Assembly: GCA_947577185.1 (NCBI GenBank)
Contig: CANPUE010000006.1
Coordinates: forward strand, 4,649 to 68,648
Source: an uncultured Lachnospiraceae bacterium
Lineage (GTDB): Bacteria > Bacillota > Clostridia > Lachnospirales > Lachnospiraceae
Reading direction: 5' to 3'
Length of the DNA stretch: 64,000 nt
Shown here: positions 18,597 through 28,415 of the stretch, in pieces
How the letters are laid out: the number at the start of each line of letters is the position of its first letter
How positions within the stretch are numbered: the first letter of the stretch is position 1
The notes under the pieces: model-generated
The model's database searches: none
What the model saw: only the letters and a program-made list of their open reading frames with translations
Told to the model about the DNA's origin: nothing
Translations under genes and position numbers: made by a program

Positions 18597-19619
18597 TTAT
18601 GCGTCCGCCACCCGGTCAAACAGTTCGGGGAGCGGTGCAAGGAATGTCTTTTCACTCAGATCTGCAAAAGGCGCCTCCAGTTTCGGAAAGACGACCCTGT
18701 ATGCATGTAAGAGCTGATGGCTCACAGCATACTGCCTGCGGTATTTTTCATTCCATGCTTTGTCGCCGTATTTCGGATCTCCAAGCAGCGGGTGTCCGAT
18801 GCTGGCCAGATGGGCGCGGATCTGATGAGACTTTCCGGTGATCAGTTCCACTTCCAGAAGTGTCTTATCCGCTTCCTGCCTGATGGGGTAATATCTCGTG
18901 CAGATGTAGGATCCCTCCCCTGTTTTCTGTGTGGAAAAAATCTGCACCTGATTGCTTTTTTCGTCCTTATGCAGATACCCTTCTATGACCCTTTCGCTGC
19001 TTACCGTTCCTTTGACATAGAGTCGATAAAACTTATGTAAACTTCTTGTGCGGAGCGCTTCTGAGAGCATCTGTGCCCCCTGTACGGATTTGGCACACAG
19101 CACGATGCCGCTCGTATTACGGTCTAAGCGGTTACAGGCGGATGGCCGGAACGTCTGCATTTCTTCCGCTGTAAGCTGTCCGTTGGTGAGAAGATGGCTG
19201 ATCAGCCATTCATTTAAAGAGAAATCCTCTTTTGCGGCTTTCTGGGTGAGAAGACCGGCGGGTTTATTAACGGCCAGGATATGCCCGTCTTCGTATAAGA
19301 CAGAGATTTTCTCTAAGGCGCTCCTTGTTTCCGGATCGATCTCTGTCTTGGCAGGTGGATCACCTGCCGCCGCATCGGTATCATCCGGCGCCGCCTTCCG
19401 GCCCATGAACTTTTGCAGGGTCTGTTGTGAAAAGTAAATGGAGACCGTATCGCCGCATACTATTTTCTCACTGCCGTCTGCTTTTTTGTCATTGAGCACG
19501 ATATTTTTTTTGCGCAGCATTTTGTAAAGAAAACCGCTTCCGGCTTCCGGGAGCAGTTTATGCAGATATTTGTCAAAACGCTGTCCTTCCTCCCGCTTTG
19601 TGATTATTTTCTGATACAT
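18597..19619 (-). CDS. RluA/RluC family pseudouridine synthase
   Basis: S4 domain, NKPAG, NRLDRNTSG, TGKSHQIRAH, GDPKY. Confidence 0.93.
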   Translation of the reverse strand: MYQKIITKREEGQRFDKYLHKLLPEAGSGFLYKMLRKKNIVLNDKKADGSEKIVCGDTVSIYFSQQTLQKFMGRKAAPDDTDAAAGDPPAKTEIDPETRSALEKISVLYEDGHILAVNKPAGLLTQKAAKEDFSLNEWLISHLLTNGQLTAEEMQTFRPSACNRLDRNTSGIVLCAKSVQGAQMLSEALRTRSLHKFYRLYVKGTVSSERVIEGYLHKDEKSNQVQIFSTQKTGEGSYICTRYYPIRQEADKTLLEVELITGKSHQIRAHLASIGHPLLGDPKYGDKAWNEKYRRQYAVSHQLLHAYRVVFPKLEAPFADLSEKTFLAPLPELFDRVADA

Positions 19620-19638
19620 GAGCGTCCTCTCTGAATCG

Positions 19639-20208
19639 CTATAAAGAAATCGAATAAAATAAACGTATGATGTCGTCCTTATTTTTTGCATCTTCCACAC
19701 TTAAAACTTCCAATTGACCGAGTCGGTCTATATACTTATCCAGTTGATCGAAAATCTTGACGGTGAAATTTTTATGGCCGTCCTGAAGGAGCATCTGCAC
19801 TAAATGCTTCTCTCCCGCCGTACAGTCGCACCTGGTGCTCTCTGTGTAGGCGCACACGACATTTCCTTTGAGCACCATATGGCTTAAAGGATAGCTGCTC
19901 TGATAGGCCGTAAAATACATATCATAAAAGCCTGTCAGTTTGTTGTCAAAGGCACAGATCCTCTCCCATGCCTGTCTGCTGCAGCCACAGGTCCGGAAAA
20001 ACATGATTGTATTGATCAGGCTCTTGCAGGCGGGAAGACATCCGAGCACGGCAACGATCGTCAATAGATTCTGATTGCTTCCTGTCGAGTAGATGCCGAG
20101 TCCATAGATGGCAAGCGACAGGGCAAAATAAAATGCGGTGCGCAGGAGCGTTCGTTTTCTCTGGTATTCAATATATCCGTAGTTACCTTTTGTAATGTTT
20201 GCTTTCAT
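19639..20208 (-). CDS. Conserved hypothetical membrane protein
   Basis: Two N-terminal hydrophobic segments; start overlaps the SDR stop. Confidence 0.7.
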   Translation of the reverse strand: MKANITKGNYGYIEYQRKRTLLRTAFYFALSLAIYGLGIYSTGSNQNLLTIVAVLGCLPACKSLINTIMFFRTCGCSRQAWERICAFDNKLTGFYDMYFTAYQSSYPLSHMVLKGNVVCAYTESTRCDCTAGEKHLVQMLLQDGHKNFTVKIFDQLDKYIDRLGQLEVLSVEDAKNKDDIIRLFYSISL

Positions 20209-20954
20209 CAGATGAGCCCTTTCGTCAGTCGATATACGAATTTGAGCGGCAGGCCGTATATTGACAGCGTTTTTTTCTGTTTCGCATCAAGCAGCGCCTT
20301 CCGCACGACTTTTTCCGGTTTCGCCATGGTCATTTTTTTCAGTCTGTTCATCTGACCGTACCGGCCATAGGCATGGTCTATAAAAGGAGTTTTTACCGGT
20401 CCCGGACAGACTACCGTCACGGAGACCCCGCTATGTTTCAGTTCTTTTGCGAGCGCCAGGCCAAAAGAATAGACATATGCTTTCGAGGCCGCATAGACTG
20501 CGAAATCAGCCTGCGGGCAGAACGCCGCGCCGGAAGAAAGCTGTATGATCCGGCTGCCTTTTTTCATATAAGGCAGGCATAATTTTGTCATCTGCGTCAG
20601 GGCAAGGACGTTTAAGCGGACTGTCTCTGTCACCTCATCCCGGCTCTGTTTCTCGAACGCGCCATAAATCCCCATGCCGGCACAATTGACCAGAACCGAG
20701 ATCCGGGGATTGCGTATCATCAGTACTTCCGCGAATCTGGCAAGCTTACGTTCGTCCGTGATATCGATAGCGATCGTTCTGATTTTGACGGTTCTCTCAT
20801 GATGCAGTTCGATCGCCAGCTCTTCCAGCGCTTCTCTTCCTCTGGCCAACAGCCAGATCTCGTCCGTTTTTGACAGCTTTTTGGCGAGCTGTCTTGCAAA
20901 TTCTCTTCCCATCCCGGAGGATGCTCCTGTGACGATTGCTATGTTCATATTCAA
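20208..20954 (-). CDS. Short-chain dehydrogenase/reductase
   Basis: TGASSGMG, NCAG, YAASK. Confidence 0.92.
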   Translation of the reverse strand: MNMNIAIVTGASSGMGREFARQLAKKLSKTDEIWLLARGREALEELAIELHHERTVKIRTIAIDITDERKLARFAEVLMIRNPRISVLVNCAGMGIYGAFEKQSRDEVTETVRLNVLALTQMTKLCLPYMKKGSRIIQLSSGAAFCPQADFAVYAASKAYVYSFGLALAKELKHSGVSVTVVCPGPVKTPFIDHAYGRYGQMNRLKKMTMAKPEKVVRKALLDAKQKKTLSIYGLPLKFVYRLTKGLI

Positions 20955-20972
20955 ATCAGCCTCCTGTTCCTT

Positions 20973-22898
20973 CTATCTGTCTTTGGGTTTATGCACTTTT
21001 CGGATCGTTCTGTTTTTCGTTTTCTTTTGTCTGCCCTGTTCCCTGCCTTTTGTTTCCTGTTTTTTCTGATCACGCTTTTTTGCCTGCGCGGCGTTTCCGA
21101 ATGCCGTTTTGCGCGGGCGGATCAGGCATTTTTTGTCAAAGCCGATCAGGTCTTCACGTCCGGCTTTTTGTAACGCCTCTTTCACCAGTTCATAATTGTT
21201 CGGGTTCCGATACTGGATCAGTGCGCGCTGCATTGCCTTTTCATGCGGATTTCGGCATACATAGACTTTTTTGCCGTTTCGCGGATCAATCCCGGTATAG
21301 TACATGACAGTCGATACGGTGGAAGGCGTTGGATAAAAATCTTGAACCTGCTCCGGCATATAGCCCGTATCCCGCAGATATTCTGCCAGCTCCACCGCCT
21401 CTTTCAGGGTGGAACCGGGATGGGATGACATGAAATAAGGCACCAGAAACTGTTTTTTTCCCAGTTCTTTATTTATTTTATCATATTTTCGGACAAACTG
21501 CTCATAAACTGATTTCCCTGGTTTTCCCATTTTCGACAGAACGGCGTCCGAGATATGTTCCGGCGCCACTTTAAGCTGTCCGCTGACATGATGTTCCACC
21601 AGTTCGCCAAAAAAAGCAGTGTCTTTGTCTGCCAGAAGGTAATCAAAACGGATACCGGAGCGGATAAAAACTTTTTTCACGCCGGGCAGGGCGCGCAGCT
21701 TTCGCAAAAGCTCCAGATAATCCGCGTGAGTCACTTTCAGGTTAGGACAGGGTTTCGGGAAAAGGCACTGCCTGTTTTTGCAGACGCCCATTGTCAGCTG
21801 TTTCTCACAGGAAGGATGCCTGAAATTGGCGGTAGGGCCGCCTACGTCATGAATGTATCCTTTAAAATCGGCGTCTTTGATCAGTTCTTTTGCTTCCGCC
21901 AGGATCGAATCATGGCTCCTTACCTGTACGGTTCTGCCCTGATGAAATGTGAGTGCACAAAAATTACAGCCGCCATAGCAGCCTCTGTTGCTCGTCAGAG
22001 AAAATCTGATTTCCGAGATTGCCGGAACGCCGCCCTTTTCTTCATAGGAAGGATGATAGGTCCGCATAAAAGGAAGCGCATAGATCTCATCCATCTCTTC
22101 CGTCGTCAAAGGTTTCTGGGGCGGGTTCTGCACCACATAAACGCCGCCCGGATAGGGTTCGACAAGTGTTTTGCCGGTGTATGGATCCGTATTGGAATAC
22201 TGGAGCGCAAAGCTGTCCGCATACCGTCTGGACTGGGACGTCATCTCGTCAAAGGACGGAAGCATGATGCTGTCATAAATGCCGGAAAGGTCTTTGGTCT
22301 TATATACCGTACCGGGAATAAACGTGAGATCTTTTATGTCGATGCCGCCTGCGAGGGCGTCAGCGATCTCCACGATTGATTTTTCTCCCATGCCGTAAGA
22401 GATCAGATCGGCCTGAGAATCCAGCAGAATGGAGCGCTTGAGTTTGTCGGACCAATAGTCGTAGTGTGCCATGCGGCGCAGACTGGCCTCGATGCCGCCG
22501 ATGATGATCGGAATGTCCCTGTAGGTCCTGCGGATCAGATTTCCATAGACCGCCGTCGCGTGATCGGGCCGCTTATAAGCCTCACCGCCGGGGGTGTAGG
22601 CATCGGAGGGTCTGTGCTTTTTGGAGACAAAATAGTGATTCACCATAGAATCCATATTGCCGGCGGAAATGAGAAAACCTAATTTAGGGCGTCCAAGAAT
22701 GGTAATGCTCTCATCATTTTTCCAGTCAGGCTGTGAGATGATTCCCACCCGGTAACCATGCGCCTCCAAAACTCTGCTGATTATGGCATGTCCAAAAGAC
22801 GGATGGTCTACATAGGCATCCCCGATTACGTACACAAAATCCAGCTGTTCAATTCCCGCTTCACGAAGATCTTCTCTCGATACCGGTAAAAATCCCAT
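20973..22898 (-). CDS. YgiQ-family (UPF0313) radical SAM protein
   Basis: [43 protein letters not shown]. Confidence 0.93.
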   Translation of the reverse strand: MGFLPVSREDLREAGIEQLDFVYVIGDAYVDHPSFGHAIISRVLEAHGYRVGIISQPDWKNDESITILGRPKLGFLISAGNMDSMVNHYFVSKKHRPSDAYTPGGEAYKRPDHATAVYGNLIRRTYRDIPIIIGGIEASLRRMAHYDYWSDKLKRSILLDSQADLISYGMGEKSIVEIADALAGGIDIKDLTFIPGTVYKTKDLSGIYDSIMLPSFDEMTSQSRRYADSFALQYSNTDPYTGKTLVEPYPGGVYVVQNPPQKPLTTEEMDEIYALPFMRTYHPSYEEKGGVPAISEIRFSLTSNRGCYGGCNFCALTFHQGRTVQVRSHDSILAEAKELIKDADFKGYIHDVGGPTANFRHPSCEKQLTMGVCKNRQCLFPKPCPNLKVTHADYLELLRKLRALPGVKKVFIRSGIRFDYLLADKDTAFFGELVEHHVSGQLKVAPEHISDAVLSKMGKPGKSVYEQFVRKYDKINKELGKKQFLVPYFMSSHPGSTLKEAVELAEYLRDTGYMPEQVQDFYPTPSTVSTVMYYTGIDPRNGKKVYVCRNPHEKAMQRALIQYRNPNNYELVKEALQKAGREDLIGFDKKCLIRPRKTAFGNAAQAKKRDQKKQETKGREQGRQKKTKNRTIRKVHKPKDR

Positions 22899-22902
22899 AT
22901 TG

Positions 22903-24288
22903 TTATATCAGCTCCTTAAAATCATGTATAAAATAATCCGCCAGTTCTTTCTTTTGCGCATTCTGCCAGGCGGAAGTTTCATCATAGACGGCGCATACTT
23001 TCATGCCGGCTGCTTTCCCGGCCATAATGCCGTCCACGATGTCCTCAAAGACGAGGCAGCGATCGGGGGAAACGGCAAGGGCGTTTGCCACGGCCAGATA
23101 AATATCCGGCGCCGGTTTTCCTTTTTGTACTTCGCATCCCGTCAGAATACAGTCAAAATGCCCGGTAAGCCCATGTGAGGCTATGACGGTTTCCACCAGT
23201 TCTCTCGAATTGCTGGTCGCAATGCCGAGTCGGATCTGTTTTTGCAGGCAGCGTTCGATAAATTCCGCCGCGCCCTCTTTTAATGGGACTTCGTGCGTGT
23301 ACTTGTCCCAGGCCATCCGGTTCCAGTCAGCTTTGATCTTTTCAGGCTCATCCGGGAGGTCAAACGTTTCCTTAAAAAAATCCGCCGTCTCACTAAAAGA
23401 TCTGCCCCCGATCATAGCCTGCAGATTTTCGGGCGGTTCTAACCCGAATCTGCCCAGATACTCGATATCAATCGCATGCCACATCCACATGGAATCCACC
23501 AGGGAACCGTCCAGATCAAAGATCACGGCATCGATCTTTGAAAGCAGCCCGCCTGCTGTGGAGCCGGACCGTAACAGATCGATTTCCTCAGCCGACAGCT
23601 TACGGTATTGTCCGGGTGCCAGACCTTCATCCAGAAAAAGCGGCCCCATGCGCACTCTCTTTAAATGCACCACTTCGTTTCCGACGGCCTTTAACATCCT
23701 TTTTACCTGATGAAATTTGCCTTCCGTGATCGTCAGCAGGATCTTCTGTGCCGTCTGTACGGATACTTTTGCCGGAAGGGTCAGCTTTTTCTCACCGATA
23801 TCCACGCCTTCTTCCAGAGCACGGATCTGTGTCTGTGTGACCGGCGCGGCAAGAAGACATTCGTATGTCTTTTCCACATGGTATGCCGGAGAAAGGAGTC
23901 TGTGAGCGAGCGCGCCGTCGTTTGTGAGAAGCAGAAGCCCTTCCGTGTCTTTATCGAGACGCCCGGCCGGGAACAGATCGGTTGTTTTTTCCGGATTCGG
24001 TCCCGTATCACTGTCCTGCCCATCATAGAAGAGGGAAAGCACGGTCTTTTCTTTTCTGTCTTTTGTGGCAGAGACGACACCCGCCGGTTTATTGAGCATA
24101 TAGTAGACAAATTTTTCATACCGGCACAGGCTGCCCCGATACCGGATCTGATCTTTTGTTTCGTCTATCTGAAATTCGCTTTGGCGGATCACCGTACCGT
24201 TTACCGATACGACACCGCTTTTGATTTCTTTTTTGAGAACGCTTCTTGTTCCGCAATTCATATCGCACAAAAATTTATCCAGACGCAT
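22903..24288 (-). CDS. RsuA-family pseudouridine synthase fused to a HAD-IA phosphatase
   Basis: [24 protein letters not shown], then [26 protein letters not shown] in one frame. Confidence 0.9.
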   Translation of the reverse strand: MRLDKFLCDMNCGTRSVLKKEIKSGVVSVNGTVIRQSEFQIDETKDQIRYRGSLCRYEKFVYYMLNKPAGVVSATKDRKEKTVLSLFYDGQDSDTGPNPEKTTDLFPAGRLDKDTEGLLLLTNDGALAHRLLSPAYHVEKTYECLLAAPVTQTQIRALEEGVDIGEKKLTLPAKVSVQTAQKILLTITEGKFHQVKRMLKAVGNEVVHLKRVRMGPLFLDEGLAPGQYRKLSAEEIDLLRSGSTAGGLLSKIDAVIFDLDGSLVDSMWMWHAIDIEYLGRFGLEPPENLQAMIGGRSFSETADFFKETFDLPDEPEKIKADWNRMAWDKYTHEVPLKEGAAEFIERCLQKQIRLGIATSNSRELVETVIASHGLTGHFDCILTGCEVQKGKPAPDIYLAVANALAVSPDRCLVFEDIVDGIMAGKAAGMKVCAVYDETSAWQNAQKKELADYFIHDFKELI

Positions 24289-24314
24289 ATCTGATTGTCC
24301 TTTTTTCATATAAT
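24285..24314 (+). promoter_or_regulatory. Possible SigE-type sporulation promoter for the ylbJ-like gene
   Basis: GCATATC-N15-CATATAAT upstream of a YlbJ homolog. Confidence 0.4.
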
Positions 24315-24346
24315 GTAGCAACTGTTTCTTCTCATGGAAGGTGCAA

Positions 24347-25267
24347 ATGCTTCTTACACTGCTTTCCGTCTATCTGACTTACCTGCTTCTGCGCTATCCT
24401 GCGCAGGCGCTTTCATATGCGTCTACAGGCCTTATTTTGTGGTTCCGCAAGATGATCCCGACACTGCTTCCGTTTATGATCCTGTCCGGTACGATGATCC
24501 GCATGAACCTGACTGAGCGCTTCGCCAGATTTTTTCATCCGCTGTTTCGCAGAATCTGGGGCACTTCCTTAAACGGTTCCTATGCGCTCTTGATGGGAAT
24601 GCTCTGCGGATTTCCCATGGGCGCCAGAGTGATTGGGGAACTGTGTCAGGCGGGTAAGCTTTCGGAGGAAGAAGGGGCCTATCTGTTGGCTTTCTGCAAT
24701 AACATCGGACCAATCTATTTCCTCAGTTTTGTCATGAGTACGTTGTCACTGTCAGGAAATTATGTCCCTTTTGCCATTATGTACGGCGTACCGCTGTGCT
24801 ATGGATGTCTGCTGCGCATTGGAAGGAAGGTCAAAGCGCCTGTTCCAAAACCACTCCGGGCCATGTCACTGCCTGCCGCGCCGACATACCCGATGCCGCT
24901 GTTAACAGCGATAGATGAGGCCGTTGTTTCTGCTTTGATCGGGATTGCCAGACTGGGCGGCTATATGATCTTTTTTAATCTTTTAAATATTCTGATGATG
25001 CCATTTTCGAATCTGCCTGAAAGCTTTTTGGCTTTCTGCAACTGTATTCTTGAGATTACGAGCGGCATCAGCCGGGCTGGCAGCGCACAAAAGGTTCTGC
25101 TTCTGATTTTACTGCCGTTTGGCGGTTTTTCCTGCATATCGCAGACCTACAGCATGATCAAAGACACCAATCTTTCTATCATGCAGTATTTCCTGCATAA
25201 ATGCATGCAGACTGCGATAACCGCGCTTATTTATGCCGTCTTCTGCGCCGCTTCTTATAGTTTCTGA
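24347..25267 (+). CDS. Sporulation integral membrane protein, YlbJ-like
   Basis: PTLLPF, GFPMGA, FCNNIGP, LEITSG, GGFSCISQT. Confidence 0.8.
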   Translation: MLLTLLSVYLTYLLLRYPAQALSYASTGLILWFRKMIPTLLPFMILSGTMIRMNLTERFARFFHPLFRRIWGTSLNGSYALLMGMLCGFPMGARVIGELCQAGKLSEEEGAYLLAFCNNIGPIYFLSFVMSTLSLSGNYVPFAIMYGVPLCYGCLLRIGRKVKAPVPKPLRAMSLPAAPTYPMPLLTAIDEAVVSALIGIARLGGYMIFFNLLNILMMPFSNLPESFLAFCNCILEITSGISRAGSAQKVLLLILLPFGGFSCISQTYSMIKDTNLSIMQYFLHKCMQTAITALIYAVFCAASYSF

Positions 25268-26696
25268 GTATGATCATCATGGATAAGATCATGCCCAGGA
25301 CAAGCGCTGCGCAGATCAGGCATACTTCCAGAAAATAACGGATGGTCAGGGGCTGCCTGTCGGCACCGTCTGCGGCCGTATCCGCATCTTTGGGAGATAT
25401 CTCTTTGAACTGTGCCCCTGACACCGCTTTGCCGGAAGCGCTCTTTACGGAGGTATCTTCTGTGGGCTGCGGCTGTTCCGGCGCTATGGCTTCCGCTGCC
25501 TTTGCAGCCTCCGCTTCCAGCTCTTCGGCCGTCCGGTAGCTCATAGAGGGAAGGCTCAATGAATTGCTCGTCGTATACAGATCGTATCCGTTATAGGCGT
25601 TGACTACAATCTGGGGTATGATGCCGGAAGGCACATTGATTGTCAGTTCAAACGTATCTTTTGTCCGGTCCGGCCATCTTTGCAGATCTGAAAAGGTCTG
25701 GCCGCCGTCGTAACTGTAGCTGTAATAGAGCATGCCGCTGTCATAATCGACGGCCGAGACGCTTAGCGTGATATCGCCTGTCTCCATATTCTGCTTTACC
25801 AGATCAATCATGCAGATTTCGGGTTCCGTGGAATCCGGCGCCATCGTCTGTGTCGGCACCGGCACGGAAATATTTACATAGGAACTGTAATCTTTGCCGA
25901 GGCTTTCGGAACGGAGTCCGAAATATTTCGCGACAGCCTCCGCATCCAGTCTGCCGAATGCTTCCAGTTTCTCTGCATGATCATAAAAGGGCATATCGTT
26001 TTCCTGATCAAGGTGACAGTGCTCGATCAGGACGCACGGAATATTGCGTTGCGTGGAATGACGAATGATCCCGTAATAATCGATTCCTTCATCATTCAAC
26101 CGCGTCTTGATCCCGCGGGAATAAAGTCCCATCTCCTGTAACAGTTCCATTTCCACCGCGGCAAAGGTGCGGCCTTTGCTGTATGATTCACCAAAAGCAG
26201 AAATCCATGTCTCCGCCCCAAAGAGGGTATGGTATTTGGACATATTAAAATGCAGGCAGAAAAGAAAATCCGCCCCGACGGCTGCGGCATATTCACTCCG
26301 CTCTTCTAAAGTGAATGCCGTATCATCTGATCTTGTCAGATAGACGGTAATGCCCTCATACTGGTCCAGTTCCGCTTTCATTGCTTTCGCCACGACCAGT
26401 GTCATATCTTTTTCCGTGTAATCTTCAAATTCCCCGCCGAGGTTGTCCCCGCCGTGTCCGGGATCGATCACGACCACAATGGGCCGGGTTTCTTGTGCCG
26501 AAACGGCATCCGTACTTTCCGGCTGCGCGGACAAAACATCCGCAGCTTCCGATGTTTCGGCCGCATGGACAGTCAAAATGGCTTCCGGGTAAACACTGGT
26601 CAGATCTGTCATCGAAAAAATAAGAACCGCAATGGCCGTGAAAAACAATAAGCCGGCTTCCCTGCGAAACCAGCTCATTTTGCACTTTTGTATCAT
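25227..26696 (-). CDS. N-acetylmuramoyl-L-alanine amidase (Amidase_3), C-terminally membrane-anchored
   Basis: VIDPGHGG, TEK, LHFN, VLIE; signal-like N-terminus; C-terminal TM plus KKRRRRRHK. Confidence 0.88.
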   Translation of the reverse strand: MIQKCKMSWFRREAGLLFFTAIAVLIFSMTDLTSVYPEAILTVHAAETSEAADVLSAQPESTDAVSAQETRPIVVVIDPGHGGDNLGGEFEDYTEKDMTLVVAKAMKAELDQYEGITVYLTRSDDTAFTLEERSEYAAAVGADFLFCLHFNMSKYHTLFGAETWISAFGESYSKGRTFAAVEMELLQEMGLYSRGIKTRLNDEGIDYYGIIRHSTQRNIPCVLIEHCHLDQENDMPFYDHAEKLEAFGRLDAEAVAKYFGLRSESLGKDYSSYVNISVPVPTQTMAPDSTEPEICMIDLVKQNMETGDITLSVSAVDYDSGMLYYSYSYDGGQTFSDLQRWPDRTKDTFELTINVPSGIIPQIVVNAYNGYDLYTTSNSLSLPSMSYRTAEELEAEAAKAAEAIAPEQPQPTEDTSVKSASGKAVSGAQFKEISPKDADTAADGADRQPLTIRYFLEVCLICAALVLGMILSMMIILRNYKKRRRRRHK

Positions 26697-26712
26697 GTAA
26701 ACATCCTTTCGC

Positions 26713-27321
26713 CTAAATCATATCCAGATTGAGGGATTCCTCAGGGTGGTCTTCGGCTACTTCCTTCAGTAGTTTTTCCACGCTCTGCGGCATAAGTTCC
26801 GCACGGTTAGCCTTGACGACCTCGTTATATCCGTTGATCGTATTAAAGAAACTCTCATAATGTGCCGTCGTGGCATTCAGCGTTGTCGTCATCAGGTTTT
26901 CAAGGTTTGCCAGCATGTCATCGAGATACTGCATGGCGGCCGCTCTCATGCCGTTTGCTTCTGTCGTCGCGTTATCAAGGATTTCCTGCGCCTGATGGGT
27001 TGCGAGTGTGACCACTTCGTTTGCCTGTGCATATGCCTGCTGCATGATCTCATGTTCATTGATCAGTTCGTTTGTATGTACGGTAGCCTCATTGATCAGC
27101 GCTTCGGCCTTTGAACGGGCATCATTCAGGATCGCTTCTTTATTCACAATGATCTTCTGGTAGCGCTTGATTTCGTCCGGGGTCTTCATCCGCAGTTCCC
27201 GCAAAAGCTCATCGATCTCTTCTTTATTGACAATGATATTCGTCTTGGAAAGGGGCTGATATTTACAACCGTCGACATAATCTTCAATTTCATCTATTAA
27301 CTGTTCAATTCTGCTGCTCAT
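26713..27321 (-). CDS. Coiled-coil protein downstream of coaD (DivIVA/SepIVA-like)
   Basis: Repeated AxxxAxEI-type helical segments; rsmD-coaD context. Confidence 0.7.
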   Translation of the reverse strand: MSSRIEQLIDEIEDYVDGCKYQPLSKTNIIVNKEEIDELLRELRMKTPDEIKRYQKIIVNKEAILNDARSKAEALINEATVHTNELINEHEIMQQAYAQANEVVTLATHQAQEILDNATTEANGMRAAAMQYLDDMLANLENLMTTTLNATTAHYESFFNTINGYNEVVKANRAELMPQSVEKLLKEVAEDHPEESLNLDMI

Positions 27322-27340
27322 TGATAACGTGGCTCCTTCC

Positions 27341-27829
27341 TCATCTTACATAGCCATATTTTTCGTAAACCAGTTTCCCGACAAACTCGGGAACACATTG
27401 TGAGATATCCCCGTTAAAGCTGGCGATTTCCTTCACGCTCGAAGAACTCAAATAGGCATATTCAAGACTCGTCGTCAGGAAAATGGTATCCAGGTCTCCG
27501 TTGGAAAGCTTTCTGTTTGTCTGAGATATCTGCAGTTCATATTCAAAGTCCGTGATCGCACGCAATCCTCTGATTGCCACATGGACGCCTTTTTTCTTTG
27601 CGTAATCGATTAAAAGTCCGCTGAATGAGTCAATTTTGACATTTTGGATGTCTTTTGTTGCCTCTTTAAGTATTTTAACACGTTCTTCCACAGAAAACAA
27701 TGGAGTCTTTAAGTTATTGTTCAACACACTTACCGTTAATTCATCAAAAATCTCCGCGGCTCTTTTGATCACATCCAGATGCCCGAAGGTAACCGGATCA
27801 AAGCTGCCCGGATAAATTGCTGCCCTCAT
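27341..27829 (-). CDS. coaD: Pantetheine-phosphate adenylyltransferase
   Basis: [28 protein letters not shown]. Confidence 0.97.
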   Translation of the reverse strand: MRAAIYPGSFDPVTFGHLDVIKRAAEIFDELTVSVLNNNLKTPLFSVEERVKILKEATKDIQNVKIDSFSGLLIDYAKKKGVHVAIRGLRAITDFEYELQISQTNRKLSNGDLDTIFLTTSLEYAYLSSSSVKEIASFNGDISQCVPEFVGKLVYEKYGYVR

Positions 27830-27832
27830 AAT

Positions 27833-28390
27833 TTACTCTCCCGTATTTTTTTTCATAAAAACATGTTTGTTTGTTTTATAACATTTTTCCCTGACAATAG
27901 AAAATCCAAGCGGTTCCACATAAGAAAAGTCTTCCGTGCGAAGCGCCTCTGCAATGATCATGGTATTTTCTGTCACGTAGGGCGCAGACTGCAGGAATCT
28001 TAGCACCTGTTCCTCATATCCCTGCCCGTAGGGCGGATCCATGTAGATCACATCCGCTTCTTTCTCGTGAATGCCGGAAATTGCGGACAGCACATCCTGT
28101 CTGAGGAGCGTGGCGTCTTCGGCCAGTCTTGTAAAGTTCAGATTTTCCTGGATGCAGGAAACGGCGCGCTTATTATTTTCGACAAAATAAGCATGTTTGG
28201 CGCCTCTGCTGAGTGCCTCGATTCCGATACCGCCGCTTCCGCTGAACAGATCGATAAAGACCGCGCCCGGCAGATATGGATTAATCATATTGAACAAAGT
28301 TTCCTTGATCCGGTCGGTCGTTGGTCTTGTATCCATTCCTTCCGGTGTTTTCAGATTCAGCCTTCTGGCCTTTCCGGCTATGACACGCAT
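27833..28390 (-). CDS. rsmD: 16S rRNA m2G966 methyltransferase
   Basis: MRVIAG, TRPTTDRIKE, DLFSGSG, DPPY. Confidence 0.95.
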   Translation of the reverse strand: MRVIAGKARRLNLKTPEGMDTRPTTDRIKETLFNMINPYLPGAVFIDLFSGSGGIGIEALSRGAKHAYFVENNKRAVSCIQENLNFTRLAEDATLLRQDVLSAISGIHEKEADVIYMDPPYGQGYEEQVLRFLQSAPYVTENTMIIAEALRTEDFSYVEPLGFSIVREKCYKTNKHVFMKKNTGE

Positions 28391-28415
28391 AATGTGATCT
28401 CTCCTGTGTTTTTAA

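Noticed and set aside
19350-19368. 8-bp hairpin inside a low-complexity stretch of RluA; similar stretches in RsuA, CadA and the HI0933 protein
   Set aside because: No shared DNA sequence among these stretches, so no evidence for an intragenic mobile repeat
21555-22379. Long antisense ORFs (also 28932-29615, 42380-43012, 57786-58400 and others)
   Set aside because: They lie opposite well-conserved genes, show no motifs, and are expected from codon bias
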